The position numbers and the translations under genes are program-made. A DNA stretch of 64,000 bases from Macrostomum lignano (lineage: Eukaryota), in the NCBI GenBank assembly GCA_002269645.1, contig NIVC01000142.1, forward strand, positions 434,001 through 498,000, in the 5' to 3' direction. The notes beneath the pieces are model-generated. The model worked only from the letters and a program-made list of their open reading frames with translations, had not been told where the DNA came from and did no database searches. Position 1 is the first letter of the stretch. The number at the start of each line of letters is the position of its first letter. Shown piece by piece: positions 32,572-44,422 of the stretch.

Positions 32572-33261
32572 AATGCTTCGACTCGACTAGTGCAACCTTC
32601 TAGTGAGTACTTGCTTTGTTTATATTGGGGTGAGATTTTGCATTGAGTTGTTCTTGGTGCTCACTGCAGCCAGACGTTTTTAAACGCTCTCATTTTTCAG
32701 ACGGCCTTCCAACCGTGACAAAGGCCAGCTGTGCAATAATAATTTCTACTGAAGAACAGCAACTGACAAGATATAAGCTATTGGTTTCATTTTTAATCAA
32801 TTTTAAGATTGATTAGCAAAACAACTTTTGTATAGATTGAATTTATTAATGAATTTGTGCACCTTTATAACCGCTATTAAAATACTACTCTTAGTAGCGC
32901 ATCCGCGTGTCCTTTTTATTATTGTCTTTGTATTAACGCAATTGTAATTTTATTATTTTGCCCGAAACTGCTCACTCTAATTTTGTACTCAATGCAAACT
33001 TCTACCCAGCACCTTTTTATTCGGCGGCAAGCATGCGAGTTAGCAATTCATTAATACTTTGCCTACCTAATCCCCAAGCTTAGTGGTGCTTGAGCTGAAT
33101 AAATAAGTAAGCTATAGATATCAGTGATTAATTAGCACTTATTTGGCTTCCGTTTTATTTTTATTGGTTGAACTTTTTTTACAATTTTAGCGTATTGTCT
33201 TTTAGGTCAACTATAAAGTGTTTGTTTGTCATCATAGCCTTCAGATACTCGATTTGAACTG

Positions 33262-33815
33262 AAACCCTCTCAGATCCTCAGTTGATGTGCCAGCCTCCCA
33301 GATCCTCAGTTACTGGGTCAACCTCCCAGATCCTCAGTTCCTCCCAGATCCTCAGTTGCTGGGCCAGCCTCCCAGATCCTCAGTTACTGGGCCAGCCTCC
33401 CAGATCCTCAGTTGCTGGGCCAGCCTCCCAGATCCTCAGTTGCTGGGTCAACCTCCCAGATCCTCAGTTGCTGGGCCAGCCTCCCAGATCCTCAGTTGCT
33501 GGGTTAGCCTCCCAGATCCTCAGTTGCTGGGCCAGCCTCCCAGATCCTCAGTTGCTGGGCCAGCCTCCCAGATCCTCAGTTGCTGGGTTAGCCTCCCAGA
33601 TCCTCAGTTGCTGGGCCAGCCTCCCAGATCCTCAGTTGCTGGGCCAGCCTCCCAGATCCTCAGTTGCTGGGCCAGCCTCCCAGATCCTCAGTTGCTGGGC
33701 CAGCCTCCCAGATCCCCAGTTGCTGGGCCAGCCTCCCAGATCCTCAGTTGCTGGGCCAGCCTCCCAGATCCCCAGTTGCTGGGCCAGCCTCCCAGATCCT
33801 CAGTTGCTGGGCCAC
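33262..33815 (+). repeat. 28-bp minisatellite upstream of the ANAPC4 start
   Basis: (CAGCCTCCCAGATCCTCAGTTGCTGGGC) about 20 copies. Confidence 0.95.
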
Positions 33816-33878
33816 CGCTACCCCCTCAGATTCGCCGACTCAGACACAGCCCAACCAATCCTCAGCAAGCGGACCAAG

Positions 33879-36800
33879 ATGCACAGCAGCGACAGTCTGC
33901 CCGAGTACTCGTTCCGCGCCAGCTCGGACAAGAGCCTCCCCAATCATCGCATTCGCCTGATGCGGGCCTCACCTCGCATGGATCTGCTGCTCCTGGCCGC
34001 TGATAATGGCGACGTTCTGCTGTTCCGCTGGGGCTGGGAGCGCGTCTGGTTGGTGAACCGGCCGAGGGACCTGCCGGCGCCGCCTCCTGAGCAGGCCGCT
34101 GAGAATGCTGGGGAGTCCTGCTGCTCACCCGTGACCTGCATCGACTGGCGACCCGATGGACAGGTGGCTCTGGTGGCCTACAGGTGAGGCCTGGGATTCT
34201 GGTGTGGCCTACAGGTGAGGCCTGGGATTCTAGTGTGACCTACAGGTGAGGCCTGGGATTCTGGTGTGGTCTACAGGTGAGGCCTGGGATTCTGGTGTGA
34301 CCTACAGGTGAGGCCTGGGATTCTGGTGTGGTCTACAGGTGAGGCCTGGGATTCTGGTGTGGCCTACAGGTGAGGCCTGGGATTCTGGTGTGGTCTACAG
34401 GTGAGGCCTGGGATTCTGGTGTGGTCTACAGGTGAGGCCTGGGATTCTGGTGTGGTCTACAGGTGAGGCCTGGGATTCTGGTGTGGCCTACAGGTGAGGC
34501 CTGGGATTCTGGTGTGGCCTACAGGTGAGGCCTGGGATTCTGGTGTGGCCTACAGGTGAGGCCTGGGATTCTGGTGTGGCCTACAGGTGAGGCCTGGGAT
34601 TCTGGTGTGGTCTACAGGTGAGGCCTGGGATTCTGGTATGACCTACAGGTGAGGCCTGGGATTCTGGTGTGGCCTACAGGTGAGGCCTGGGATTCTGGTG
34701 TGGCCTACAGGTGAGGCCTGGGATTCTGGTGTGGCCTACAGGTGAGGCCTGGGATTCTGGTGTGACCTACAGGTGAGGCCTGGGATTCTGGTGTGGCCTA
34801 CAGGTGAGGCCTGGGATTCTGGTGTGACCTACAGGTGAGGCCTTGTTGCAGATTGAGCAATGCGGAACCAACCCAACTCCAAGCCAGCTGCCATTTCTTC
34901 TTGAACCCAGCGACGGCCGGCTGCGGCACCTCAGTCTGGAGGATGGCAGCGTGCTGCACGAGGACTGGCTGACCCGCCGGCAGGACCAGCGGGCTGGCGA
35001 CTCAGCCAACGAGGGCCCGGCGCTGTGCAGCCACTGGGCCCTCCTGGCAAATCGACAGTTCACCGAGCCGTGGACTCGGGCTGGCGAGGTTCTGCCGGTC
35101 TTTGCCGACCTGCTCGGCGGTGCATCGTCCGGCGCTTCGTCATCGTCTTCGACATCGACAACTGGCGGCGGCGGCGTCGTCGACTGGACGGCATCGCGTC
35201 GAATCGAGCGTCAGCTGAGCCTGCTGGCAGTGGCCAGCCGCCTGTGGATTCACCTGCTAGCCTACGGCATCTGCCGGCTGTGCCGACTGTCGTTTGACCA
35301 GCTGTGCCCCGGCGTCTGGTGTCCGGAGCAGTACCGGCCAGTGTCTGTGCTGGTGTCGGACAATCTGGCCAGGGTTAGCTTGCTGGCTAGCCGGGAGGGC
35401 CGGCAGCAGGCCGTGCTGCAGTTCGACACGGGCCTGGCCGAGGCGGGACGCTACGAGAGAGTCAGGCGGGTGGCGCTGACCGTGGTGCAGCTGACCCAGC
35501 TGACTGCCGGACTGCGGCGCTGTCTGAAGGAGATGACCGAGTGCTGGGAGGACTCGGTTAGTGCTGGGCTGGGAAGGGGATTTAACCTCGAGTTCGAGAC
35601 CTCGCTTTACTAATCATCCAAGTTTTTGGATTCTGTGTCTCTTTATAATCCCAGATCCCCAGGTTGTTCTTCTGAAAACAAGGTTAATAATATCCTTTGA
35701 ATCCTAGGTAATCTTTCGTGCCCTTGGTTAATCCTCCTAATCCTTGGTTAATCCTTCCAATCCTTGGTTAATCCCTCTAATCCTTGGTTAATCCTCCTAA
35801 TCCTTGGTTAATCCTTCCAATCCTTGGTTAATCCCTCTAATCCTTGGTTAATCCTTCTTATCATTGGTTAATCCTCCTAATCCCAGATCCCCAACTAAAC
35901 CAAAAGCTCCAAACCCAAACGCTCAGGTGCACGAGCTGGACCAAAAGTTCGCCGACTACAGCAAAGACAGAGACGAATACGCATTGGCAATGGGCGAGCC
36001 GGAGTGGCAGCTGCGCACGGACCTGATGGCGCTGCTGCTCACCGGACATTGCCACGCGAAATTCCGCGAATTCCTGTGCGAAGGCCTGTCCCGGGCCGGG
36101 CTGGTCCGCATCGGCCGCGGCATCGAGACCAGCCTGTGCTCCGTCCAGCGGCACAATGCCTGCCAGCTGCAGACTCTGCTGTTCGCCTTGATTTTCCACC
36201 TGGCCGAGCTGGCCGACTGCGCCGCTACCGGCGTCGCCGATCTGGGCAAAGGCGATGACGAAGATGACGGAGTCGATGAGGAAGGCGGAGAGAGCGGCGA
36301 CGAAGGCGAGGACGATCTGGGCGAACGGCGTCTCGAAGCCGAGGCGAGCGACGACGATGGCGAGCTTGCAGAAACCGGGAAAGGCGACGCCCGGCTTGGT
36401 GAGAGACTACTATTAGTAGCTAATTGGAATGTGTGAGTAAATGTATAGGATTTACACCGTAGCAACAGTGATTTCGCAATAGCAACAAAGATTTCCCTAA
36501 AGCAACGGAGCATTTCGCTATAGTAATAGAGCACTTCTCCCTACTAGCAACACAACTTTTCGACATAGCAACAGCGTTTCTCCATAGCAACATATGTTTC
36601 CTCCATAGCAACAGAGGTTGTCACTGTAGCAACAGTGCTGCTTATGTTGGGGCCTGCGCCACAATGAACTTCTCAACCTTTTTTTTGGTGCATGCGAACC
36701 GCCCGGTCTGCCGCCCTAGCCGGTTCTATCTGGTTTGAGCTGGTTCAGCCCGGTTTTGGTTTTGGGCAGCCGGCGTGTGCGCGGATTGGCTGGCTGGGCC

Positions 36801-39184
36801 GGCAGACCCTCTCTTTTCTACCCCCCCTCCCTCGTGGAGCCTTACCCAGCGCGTGTTTTGATTGGCTGGGCTGGGGTTGGGTGCTCGCGGGGTTCTGTTT
36901 TGTGTGTACTTGCGCTCAGGCCGGTTTGGCCCACTCCCCCATTTTTGGCATACTATTTATTAGCTGGCTTGGAGCCGGCCGGTGGCACGCCGCTTGGTTT
37001 TCGGTTAGGGCTACACCAGCTACTGAGTAGTGAAACTACTGTAAAGTACAAAAAACTGCACGAGCCCAGTGAATTCTCGAACAGTGCATCACCAGCCAAT
37101 CCGTGCCACCCGCCGTCTTCGAGCTGCCAGTCCAGTTATCACGGCTAAATAAACTGCGCTATATGAGTTGGTTCGATCCGGCCGGGTTAGCTAAAATTAC
37201 GTTGTTCGGGTTGCGTTCGCGTTTTTTGGGGACTCTCTGCACGTGACTCCCCTCCATCCTCGCCGCCTCATCGCTTCACTTACTCACCTCCTTGCTCACC
37301 TGCACTCTTCGATTGGTCCGGAGTGTCTGTACGCCCCGCCAATCCTTCACATTCACCTCGCTTTCTCATTCACCTCGGTGACTCCCGGGCTTTGAGTGGC
37401 TATCCGCTCCGCTGACCAGCGGCAGTACCCCGAGCCTTCCGTGACCGAGGAGTGTCTGTGCGCCCCGGGTCGCATCTCTCCCGGCCTCTTTCCCTCGGAG
37501 TGGCCATCCGCCTCGAGGAGCGCCGGTCGTTCGCCTTCTGTCCATCCCTTCGCCGCGCACCCGGGGCAGTCCCGCACCGAACCCGCTACCCGGGGAAAAC
37601 AAACGACCAGGCTAGACGAGATCGCAGCCCGCGAGTACAACACTTACTTCATAGAAGCAGTGGTTTTTGCACTTCAATTTTGGACATGCGAAGTTTGTTA
37701 ACGTTCACGTAAAGATTATACTTTAACTATTATTCATAATTGACCGCAATGTCGGCCCAATTTCTTAGAAAACGTCCTTTATTCACGCCTGTCATCCTCT
37801 CCTCTACGAAGGCGAGCTCAGCCGCCGTCGGGCCGCGGACGCGCTGACCTACGCCGGCAGCGCCCTGGCCAAGTCCCTCGAGCTCGGCTCAGTAATCGAG
37901 CGCACCAGAGACAGCCTGCGCGCCTTCTGCGAATGGCTCTACGTGCAAATCCTGCGCCTATCTAAGGAGGCCGTGCCGCGCGCGCTCCAGCGCACCACCG
38001 TGCAGCGGCGCCGGCTAGTGATCGACTTTATTCGACACCAATTGGCCGACGGCGCCGCCACTGGGGGGCAGCGCCGATTCCGACTCGAGTTGGTGGGACA
38101 GTACCTGGCCGACGAGCCGCTGGCCTCCGTGCCCGACTGCCCGACCGTCTGGCAGCAGGTGCTGGAGCGGCATCTTCAGCGGGAGGCTTGGCCTAGCGGG
38201 CATCGGCGGCAGCGGCGCCTGTTGCGCGCTTGCACGCTGGTGCGCCCGGACACGGAGGCTTCGCTGGCGCAGTGTCTGGAGCGCCTGTGCGACCGGGTTG
38301 ACGCCGCCTGCCGGCTGGTTGAGCCGCGCCGGGTTCGCCTGCTGACAGAGCCGCCTGTGCAGCCGGTGTCCGGTCTGCGACCGCTGGCTCAAGGATTCAT
38401 GGGCAGACAGGTGAGCAAGACCTGATGCTGAACATCGAGTCCTGGACCTCTCGCTTTAATATGAGAATCGAGTCTACGACCTCTCGCTTTAATAGGGGAA
38501 TCGAGTCTAAGACCTCTAGCTTTAATATGGAAATCGAGTCCAGGACCTCTCGCTTTAATAATGGAAATCGAGTCCACGATCTCTGTTCTAATAAAAACCA
38601 TATCCAACCCTCAGGCGCTGTACCACGCGCTGCTTCTGCACCCGGACGGCTGCACCGGCCTGCTGTTCCGCCAGGGCCCCGACGGTTGGTGCGGCCTTCG
38701 GTTTCGCTGCTCTTCCGACAACGACGGCGCCCTCAAATTGGTGGACGCCTGCCAGCTGGACGCCAAGCAGTTCGCCTGTCTGCTTGCCGGGCCAGAAGGC
38801 GCGTCGGCCACGTCTTCACTTGTCGTACTGCCGCTGGCCGCCTTCAACGAGGCCGATTGGTCGCCGCCAACGGCGTCCCCGGAGTCGGCAGCCGCCGGCC
38901 TCAATGATTCGTCGATCGTCGACTTGGCCGATCGGCTGGGCGAACGACTTCGCGCCGACAATCTGCCTGGGTGCGGCATCGCTGTCGCAGCTGAGCGCCG
39001 CCTGATGGTCTCCGTGCTGTTCGCCTGCCACCGACGGCTGCGCGTCTGCCTGCTGGAGCCCTTCAGCGAGGACGACGACGACGATGAAGAAGGCGCGGCG
39101 GCAGACGATGCCGACCGGGACGAAGAGGACCGCGTCGCGAACGTTTCCGCAATGTCGGCAACGGCGCCAATGGAACAGAACTAA
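33879..39184 (+). CDS. ANAPC4: Anaphase-promoting complex subunit 4
   Basis: Exons 33879-34183, 34911-35556, 35927-36398, 37812-38410, 38615-39184 (phases consistent, ~863 aa). SPRMDLLLLAADNGDVLLFR, CIDWRPDGQ..VAYSDG (WD40 N-terminus), MTECWEDS, KSLELGSVIERTRDSLRAFCEWLY (helical domain). Confidence 0.88.
34170..34842 (+). repeat. 31-bp minisatellite containing the 5' splice site TACAG|GTGAGG
   Basis: 22 copies of CAG|GTGAG from 34181 to 34839; occupies most of ANAPC4 intron 1. Confidence 0.97.
35700..35885. repeat. 20-bp minisatellite (TAATCCTTGGTTAATCCTCC)n in ANAPC4 intron 2
   Basis: About 8 copies. Confidence 0.92.
36645..37642 (+). mobile_element. Solo LTR (998 bp) in ANAPC4 intron 3
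   Basis: TGTTG...CAACA termini; 4-bp TSD CTTA (36641-36644 and 37643-37646); AATAAA at 37148; unrelated by eye to the Gypsy LTRs at left. Confidence 0.82.
38428..38580. repeat. 33-bp minisatellite in ANAPC4 intron 4
   Basis: (ATCGAGTCCAGGACCTCTCGCTTTAATATGGAA) about 5 copies. Confidence 0.9.
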
Positions 39185-39497
39185 TTAATATCTCTTTTAT
39201 GCTACTTAATTTCCACACTATTAGTAGCATGGTGTGAAAATAAAATTTTGTCAGTAAAGTCGCATTTTTTCAGTGCAAAATATACAAATAAACGACTGAA
39301 CAAGCTTATTGAAAACGTCAATGCTGTTTTACTTATAAAACATATGCAACAGATGCTGTTAAAGTTTGACTGCTTTTATTAATCATTAATGTAATTATTG
39401 TTGAACATGACGAACATGGGTATGGGTGACCGAGTAATGTTTTTACTAATGGATAAGCAGACGACAGTCCAAATGAATGCAGAAACAAAGCAGGCGG

Positions 39498-40517
39498 TCA
39501 GGCCGAGCTGATGTTGAACCGGGCCGCTCGCAGCTGCAGCTTCTCCTCGTTGGTTGGCGGCAGGTTGAACCGATCGGCGCGCGCCTTCAGCCTGGCAGCC
39601 TCGGCGTCCGCCTCAGCGGCCGGCTTGGCCAGCCCGAATCGCTCCGCCCGGATGCGCAGCCGCTCCGCCTCCGCTGTCGACGAAGCTGCGGCGGTGGCGG
39701 CGGCGGCGGCGGCTGGAGCGGCTCCGCTGGATGCGGCAGCGAGGCCGAACCGCTCGGCCCGCTTGCGCTTTCGCTCTTCGAGCTCCTCGGCGCTCGCGCC
39801 ATCGCCGCCGCCGCCGCTTGCTCCGATGCCGAATCGCTCGGCGCGCAGGGCCTTCCGCTTCTCCATGTCTTCGGCGGAGATCCCGTCGCCGCCGCCTCCG
39901 GTGCCAAATCGTTCAGCGCGCAGGGCCTTTCGCTTCTCGACATCGTCAGCTGAGGCGCCGGTGCCGAATCGTTCGGCGCGCAGAGCTTTGCGCTTCTCCA
40001 TCTCGTCGTTGGTGGCGGCAGCAGCGGCGCCGAATCGCTTGGCTCGCAGGGCCAGCAGCTCAGCTTCGCTCGGCTTGCTTGCCGCTGCAGGCTTCGGCGG
40101 AGAGGCGGCCGGAGGAGCGGCGGTTTCCGGAGCAGCAGCGGCAGCGGCGGTCCCAGCCGGCTGGGTGAGTCGGACTTTCTTAGCTGAGGAGGCGGCCTCG
40201 CTGTTGGCCGTAGCGGGTGCCGCCGCGCCTTCGCTAGCAGCGGGTTTCGAAGCAGCGGGAGCAGCAGCAGCAGCCGCTGGAGCCGCCAGCTTCAATTTTA
40301 ACGGCGGCACCACAGCCGGTTGCGGGGCCGACGTTATGGCGTCCCCTTCCAGCAGGCTGTCTTCGGCCCGCTTGACCAGCAATTCATGAAGCCGCTCGAC
40401 CAGCTCCTTCTTTGAGCCCGTGACTGGCAGCTCGGCCGCTTTGCACTGCTCTTTGAGCTCCTTCAGTTTCATCCGACTCAAATCTTCAACGCTCGGTACG
40501 TCGGTCGATTCGGACAT
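39498..40517 (-). CDS. SARNP: SAP domain-containing ribonucleoprotein (CIP29/Tho1 family), single exon
   Basis: ATG at 40517; SAP domain (LSRMKLKELKEQCKAAELPVTGSKKELVERL) and repeated RAxRFG motifs. Confidence 0.9.
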   Translation of the reverse strand: MSESTDVPSVEDLSRMKLKELKEQCKAAELPVTGSKKELVERLHELLVKRAEDSLLEGDAITSAPQPAVVPPLKLKLAAPAAAAAAPAASKPAASEGAAAPATANSEAASSAKKVRLTQPAGTAAAAAAPETAAPPAASPPKPAAASKPSEAELLALRAKRFGAAAAATNDEMEKRKALRAERFGTGASADDVEKRKALRAERFGTGGGGDGISAEDMEKRKALRAERFGIGASGGGGDGASAEELEERKRKRAERFGLAAASSGAAPAAAAAATAAASSTAEAERLRIRAERFGLAKPAAEADAEAARLKARADRFNLPPTNEEKLQLRAARFNISSA

Positions 40518-40569
40518 GACTGGCTGGATCTGGCATGAACCGGGTTGGAGGTTGGTCATTCACTCAGGC

Positions 40570-42765
40570 ACATTCACTAAGAGTAGAGGCAGATTCACTA
40601 AGAGAAGAGGCAGATTCACTAAGAGAAGAGGCAGATTCACTAAGAGAAGAGGCAGATTCACTAAGAGAAGAGGCAGATTCACTAAGAGAAGAGGCAGATT
40701 CACTAAGAGAAGAGGCAGATTCACTAAGATTAGAGGCAGATTCACTAAGAGAAGAGGCAGATTCACTAAGAGAAGAGGCAGATTCACTAAGATTAGAGGC
40801 AGATTCACTAAGAGAAGAGGCAGATTCACTAAGAGAAGAGGCAGATTCACTAAGAGAAGAGGCAGATTCACTAAGAGAAGAGGCAGACTCACTAAGAGGC
40901 AGATTCACTAAGAGAAGAGGCAGATTTACTAAGAGAAGAGGCAGATTCACTAAGAGAAGAGGCAGACTCACTAAGAGGCAGATTCACTAAGAGAAGAGGC
41001 AGATTCACTAAGAGAAGAGGCAGATTCACTAAGAGAAGAGGCAGACTCACTAAGAGAAGAGGCAGACTCACTAAGAGGCAGATTTACTAAGAGAAGAGGC
41101 AGATTCACTAAGAGAAGAGGCAGACTCACTAAGAGGCAGATTTACTAAGAGAAGAGGCAGATTCACTAAGAGAAGAGGCAGATTCACCAAGAGAAGAGGC
41201 AGACTCACCAAGAGAAGAGGCAGATTCACTAAGAGAAGAGGCAGATTCACTAAGAGAAGAGGCAGATTCACTAAGAGAAGAGGCAGACTCACTAAGAGGC
41301 AGATTCACTAAGAGAAGAGGCAGATTTACTAAGAGAAGAGGCAGATTCACTAAGAGAAGAGGCAGACTCACTAAGAGGCAGATTCACTAAGAGAAGAGGC
41401 AGATTCACTAAGAGAAGAGGCAGATTCACTAAGAGAAGAGGCAGACTCACTAAGAGAAGAGGCAGACTCACTAAGAGGCAGATTTACTAAGAGAAGAGGC
41501 AGATTCACTAAGAGAAGAGGCAGACTCACTAAGAGGCAGATTTACTAAGAGAAGAGGCAGATTCACTAAGAGAAGAGGCAGATTCACCAAGAGAAGAGGC
41601 AGACTCACCAAGAGAAGAGGCAGATTCACTAAGAGAAGAGGCAGATTCACTAAGAGAAGAGGCAGATTCACTAAGAGAAGAGGCAGACTCACTAAGAGAA
41701 GAGGCAGATTCACCAAGAGAAGAGGCAGATTCACCAAGAGAAGAGGCAGATTCACTAAGAGAAGAGGCAGATTCACTAAGAGAAGAGGCAGATTCACTAA
41801 GAGAAGAGGCAGACTCACTAAGAGGCAGATTTACTAAGAGAAGAGGCAGATTCACCAAGAGAAGAGGCAGACTCACCAAGAGAAGATGCAGATTCACTAA
41901 GAGAAGAGGCAGATTCACTAAGAGAAGAGGCAGACTCACTAAGAGGCAGATTCACTAAGAGAAGAGGCAGATTCACTAAAAGAGGCAGATTCACTAAGAG
42001 AAGAGGCAGACTCACTAAGAGGCAGATTCACTAAGAGAAGAGGCAGATTCACTAAGAGAAGAGGCAGATTCACTAAGAGAAGAGGCAGACTCACTAAGAG
42101 GCAGATTCACTAAGAGAAGAGGCACATTCACTAAGAGAAGAGGCAGACTCACTAAGAGGCAGATTTACTAAGAGAAGAGGCAGATTCACTAAGAGAAGAG
42201 GCAGATTCACTAAGAGAAGAGGCAGATTCACTAAGAGAAGAGGCAGACTCACTAAGAGGCAGATTCACTAAGAGAAGAGGCACATTCACTAAGAGAAGAG
42301 GCAGACTCACTAAGAGGCAGATTTACTAAGAGAAGAGGCAGATTCACTAAGAGAAGAGGCAGATTCACTAAGAGAAGAGGCAGACTCACCAAGAGAAGAG
42401 GCAGATTCACTAAGAGAAGAGGCAGATTCACTAAGAGAAGAGGCAGACTCACCAAGAGAAGAGGCAGACTCACTAAGATTAGAGGCAGATTCACTAAGAG
42501 AAGAGGCAGATTCACTAAGATTAGAGGCAGATTCACTAAGAGAAGAGGCAGATTCACTAAGAGAAGAGGCAGATTCACCAAGAGAAGAGGCAGACTCACC
42601 AAGAGAAGAGGCAGATTCACTAAGAGAAGAGGCAGACTCACCAAGAGAAGAGGCAGACTCACTAAGAGAAGAGGCAGATTCACTAAGAGTAGAGGCATTT
42701 TCACAAAGTAGAAGAGGCAGATTCACTAAGAGTAGAGGCAGATTTACAAAGGGAAGAGGCAGATT
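40570..42765 (-). repeat. 21-bp minisatellite, acceptor-like on the minus strand (TGAATCTGCCTCTTCTCTTAG)n
   Basis: About 100 copies, with 16-bp variants, between the eIF3f 3' end and the SARNP ATG. Confidence 0.97.
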
Positions 42766-43126
42766 CTTAATAGAGCAGTTTGAAGGAGAGAAATGACAGT
42801 GGATCCTTGCCAGTATAAAACTAATAATAAAAACTTTAAGCAAAAACGCAACAATATCACCGAATTCGTAGTTCCTTTCCGAACTTCGAGCCGATCAGAA
42901 AGCTCGAATAAAACAGTTTATTTCTTGTTTTAATTTCTGTCGGTTTTTTGTTTCTGTTTGTAATCGAATGCTAACACTGTTTAAACACCGTTTGCAAACG
43001 CGCGCACACACTATAGCGGTTCTGTTGTTCATATTTTCTTATAATGAGTCACATTGACGCCACTCCGAACCAACCCACACCGAAACGGAAAACACAGCTG
43101 GCAGGCGGGGGGGGGGGTTAACAGTG

Positions 43127-44188
43127 TCACATAGCTATTAGCTTCTCGTTGAAGTCGAGATGGGTTCGAATCATTGTGGTCAGGTAGGACAGCATCAGCA
43201 GGTCCTTAGTTGATGAGTTCACCATATCGTCGAATGTCTCTTTGTCCAATTTGGGCACCGTGTTGACCAGCTGGGCTAGGGATCTGCCCAGCTGCGGGTC
43301 CGCCTTCTGCTGGTCAGTTAGCACGGAGTCGACGTAGGCAATCACCTGCGGGTGCGTTTGTCAGGGAGTTGTGGCCATTAGAGGCGATTCTCATGCTGGG
43401 TTTGGGCGATTCTCATTCTGGCTTTGGGGCGATTCTCATGCTGGATTCGGAGAGGTTATTTGGTTTGGATTAAATAGCAGCAATCTTATTTAAACGGCGC
43501 ATGAACCCACCTGCTCCAGCATTCGAGACAGATTCCTGGCAGCCGAACGCACATTGCCAACATCGTCTAGCAGGCTGACGGCACGTTTAATATTGTTCCT
43601 GCCGCTCTGCATCACCCGACAGGCGGCGGCTTCGTCATCGTAGGCCTCGTTGCGAAGCTCGATTGGCACAAACATTGTGCCCTTGGTCTTGCCTGGAACG
43701 CCGAACGTGGTGCTGACGAAAGCTCGAAATTGCATTCTTGGCCGGCTGTCGTCAACCTCGGCGTTAACTAGCAGGTGTACAGGCCTGCGGCATTCTCGCG
43801 AGTAATAGTCGTGTATGAGCACCGATGGAGCTCGGATGCTGGAGCCGGTGCTGAACCAGCCTACAATAGACTCGCCGGGATTGGCTTTGCGATGCAATTC
43901 GAACATGGCCCGCTGGAATTCTATGTCAATGGCGGCGCTGTCCTCGGATTCGCTGTGCGGCACAGAGAAACAATTTGTAGCCGTCACCTGACCCTTGCTG
44001 TCGCTGCTGCCTGCTCGGTTGAGTAGTTGGTCTGACTGTTATCGATTCCATCCTATCTTCTGTCTGTCTGTCTGTCTGTCTGCCTGCCTGCCTGTGTGTC
44101 TGCCTGCCTGCCTGTCTGTCTGTGTGTCTGTCTGTCTGTCTGTCTGTCTGTCTGCCTGCCTGCCTGTGTGTCTGCCTGCCTGCCTGTG

Positions 44189-44223
<35 letters not shown>

Positions 44224-44422
44224 TGGTCTGTCTGTACATTATCCCATCTATCTGTCCCGTCTCCTGACTGCCTTCCCGCATGCACAGTGAGCACTCACCT
44301 AGCAGAGTGCCAATCACTTGCAGCTGGTTCTCTGGCCGGCGCTCATAAAAGTCAATAATTTGTAACAGCACAGTGGGGTGCACCCGCAGCTGCAGAGCCC
44401 CTGAACTACTGCTTACTTTAGC
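43127..44422 (-). CDS. EIF3F: Eukaryotic translation initiation factor 3 subunit F (MPN domain); start codon not found in the genome
   Basis: Exons 44422-44299, 44010-43511, 43345-43127. LRVHPTVLLQIIDFYERR..VIGTLLG, TNCFSVPHSE, IVGWFSTG, IHDYYSRE, NSSTKDLLMLSYL..NEKL. Confidence 0.92.
44050..44235. repeat. (CTGT/CTGC)n microsatellite in eIF3f intron 1
   Basis: Direct inspection. Confidence 0.95.
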
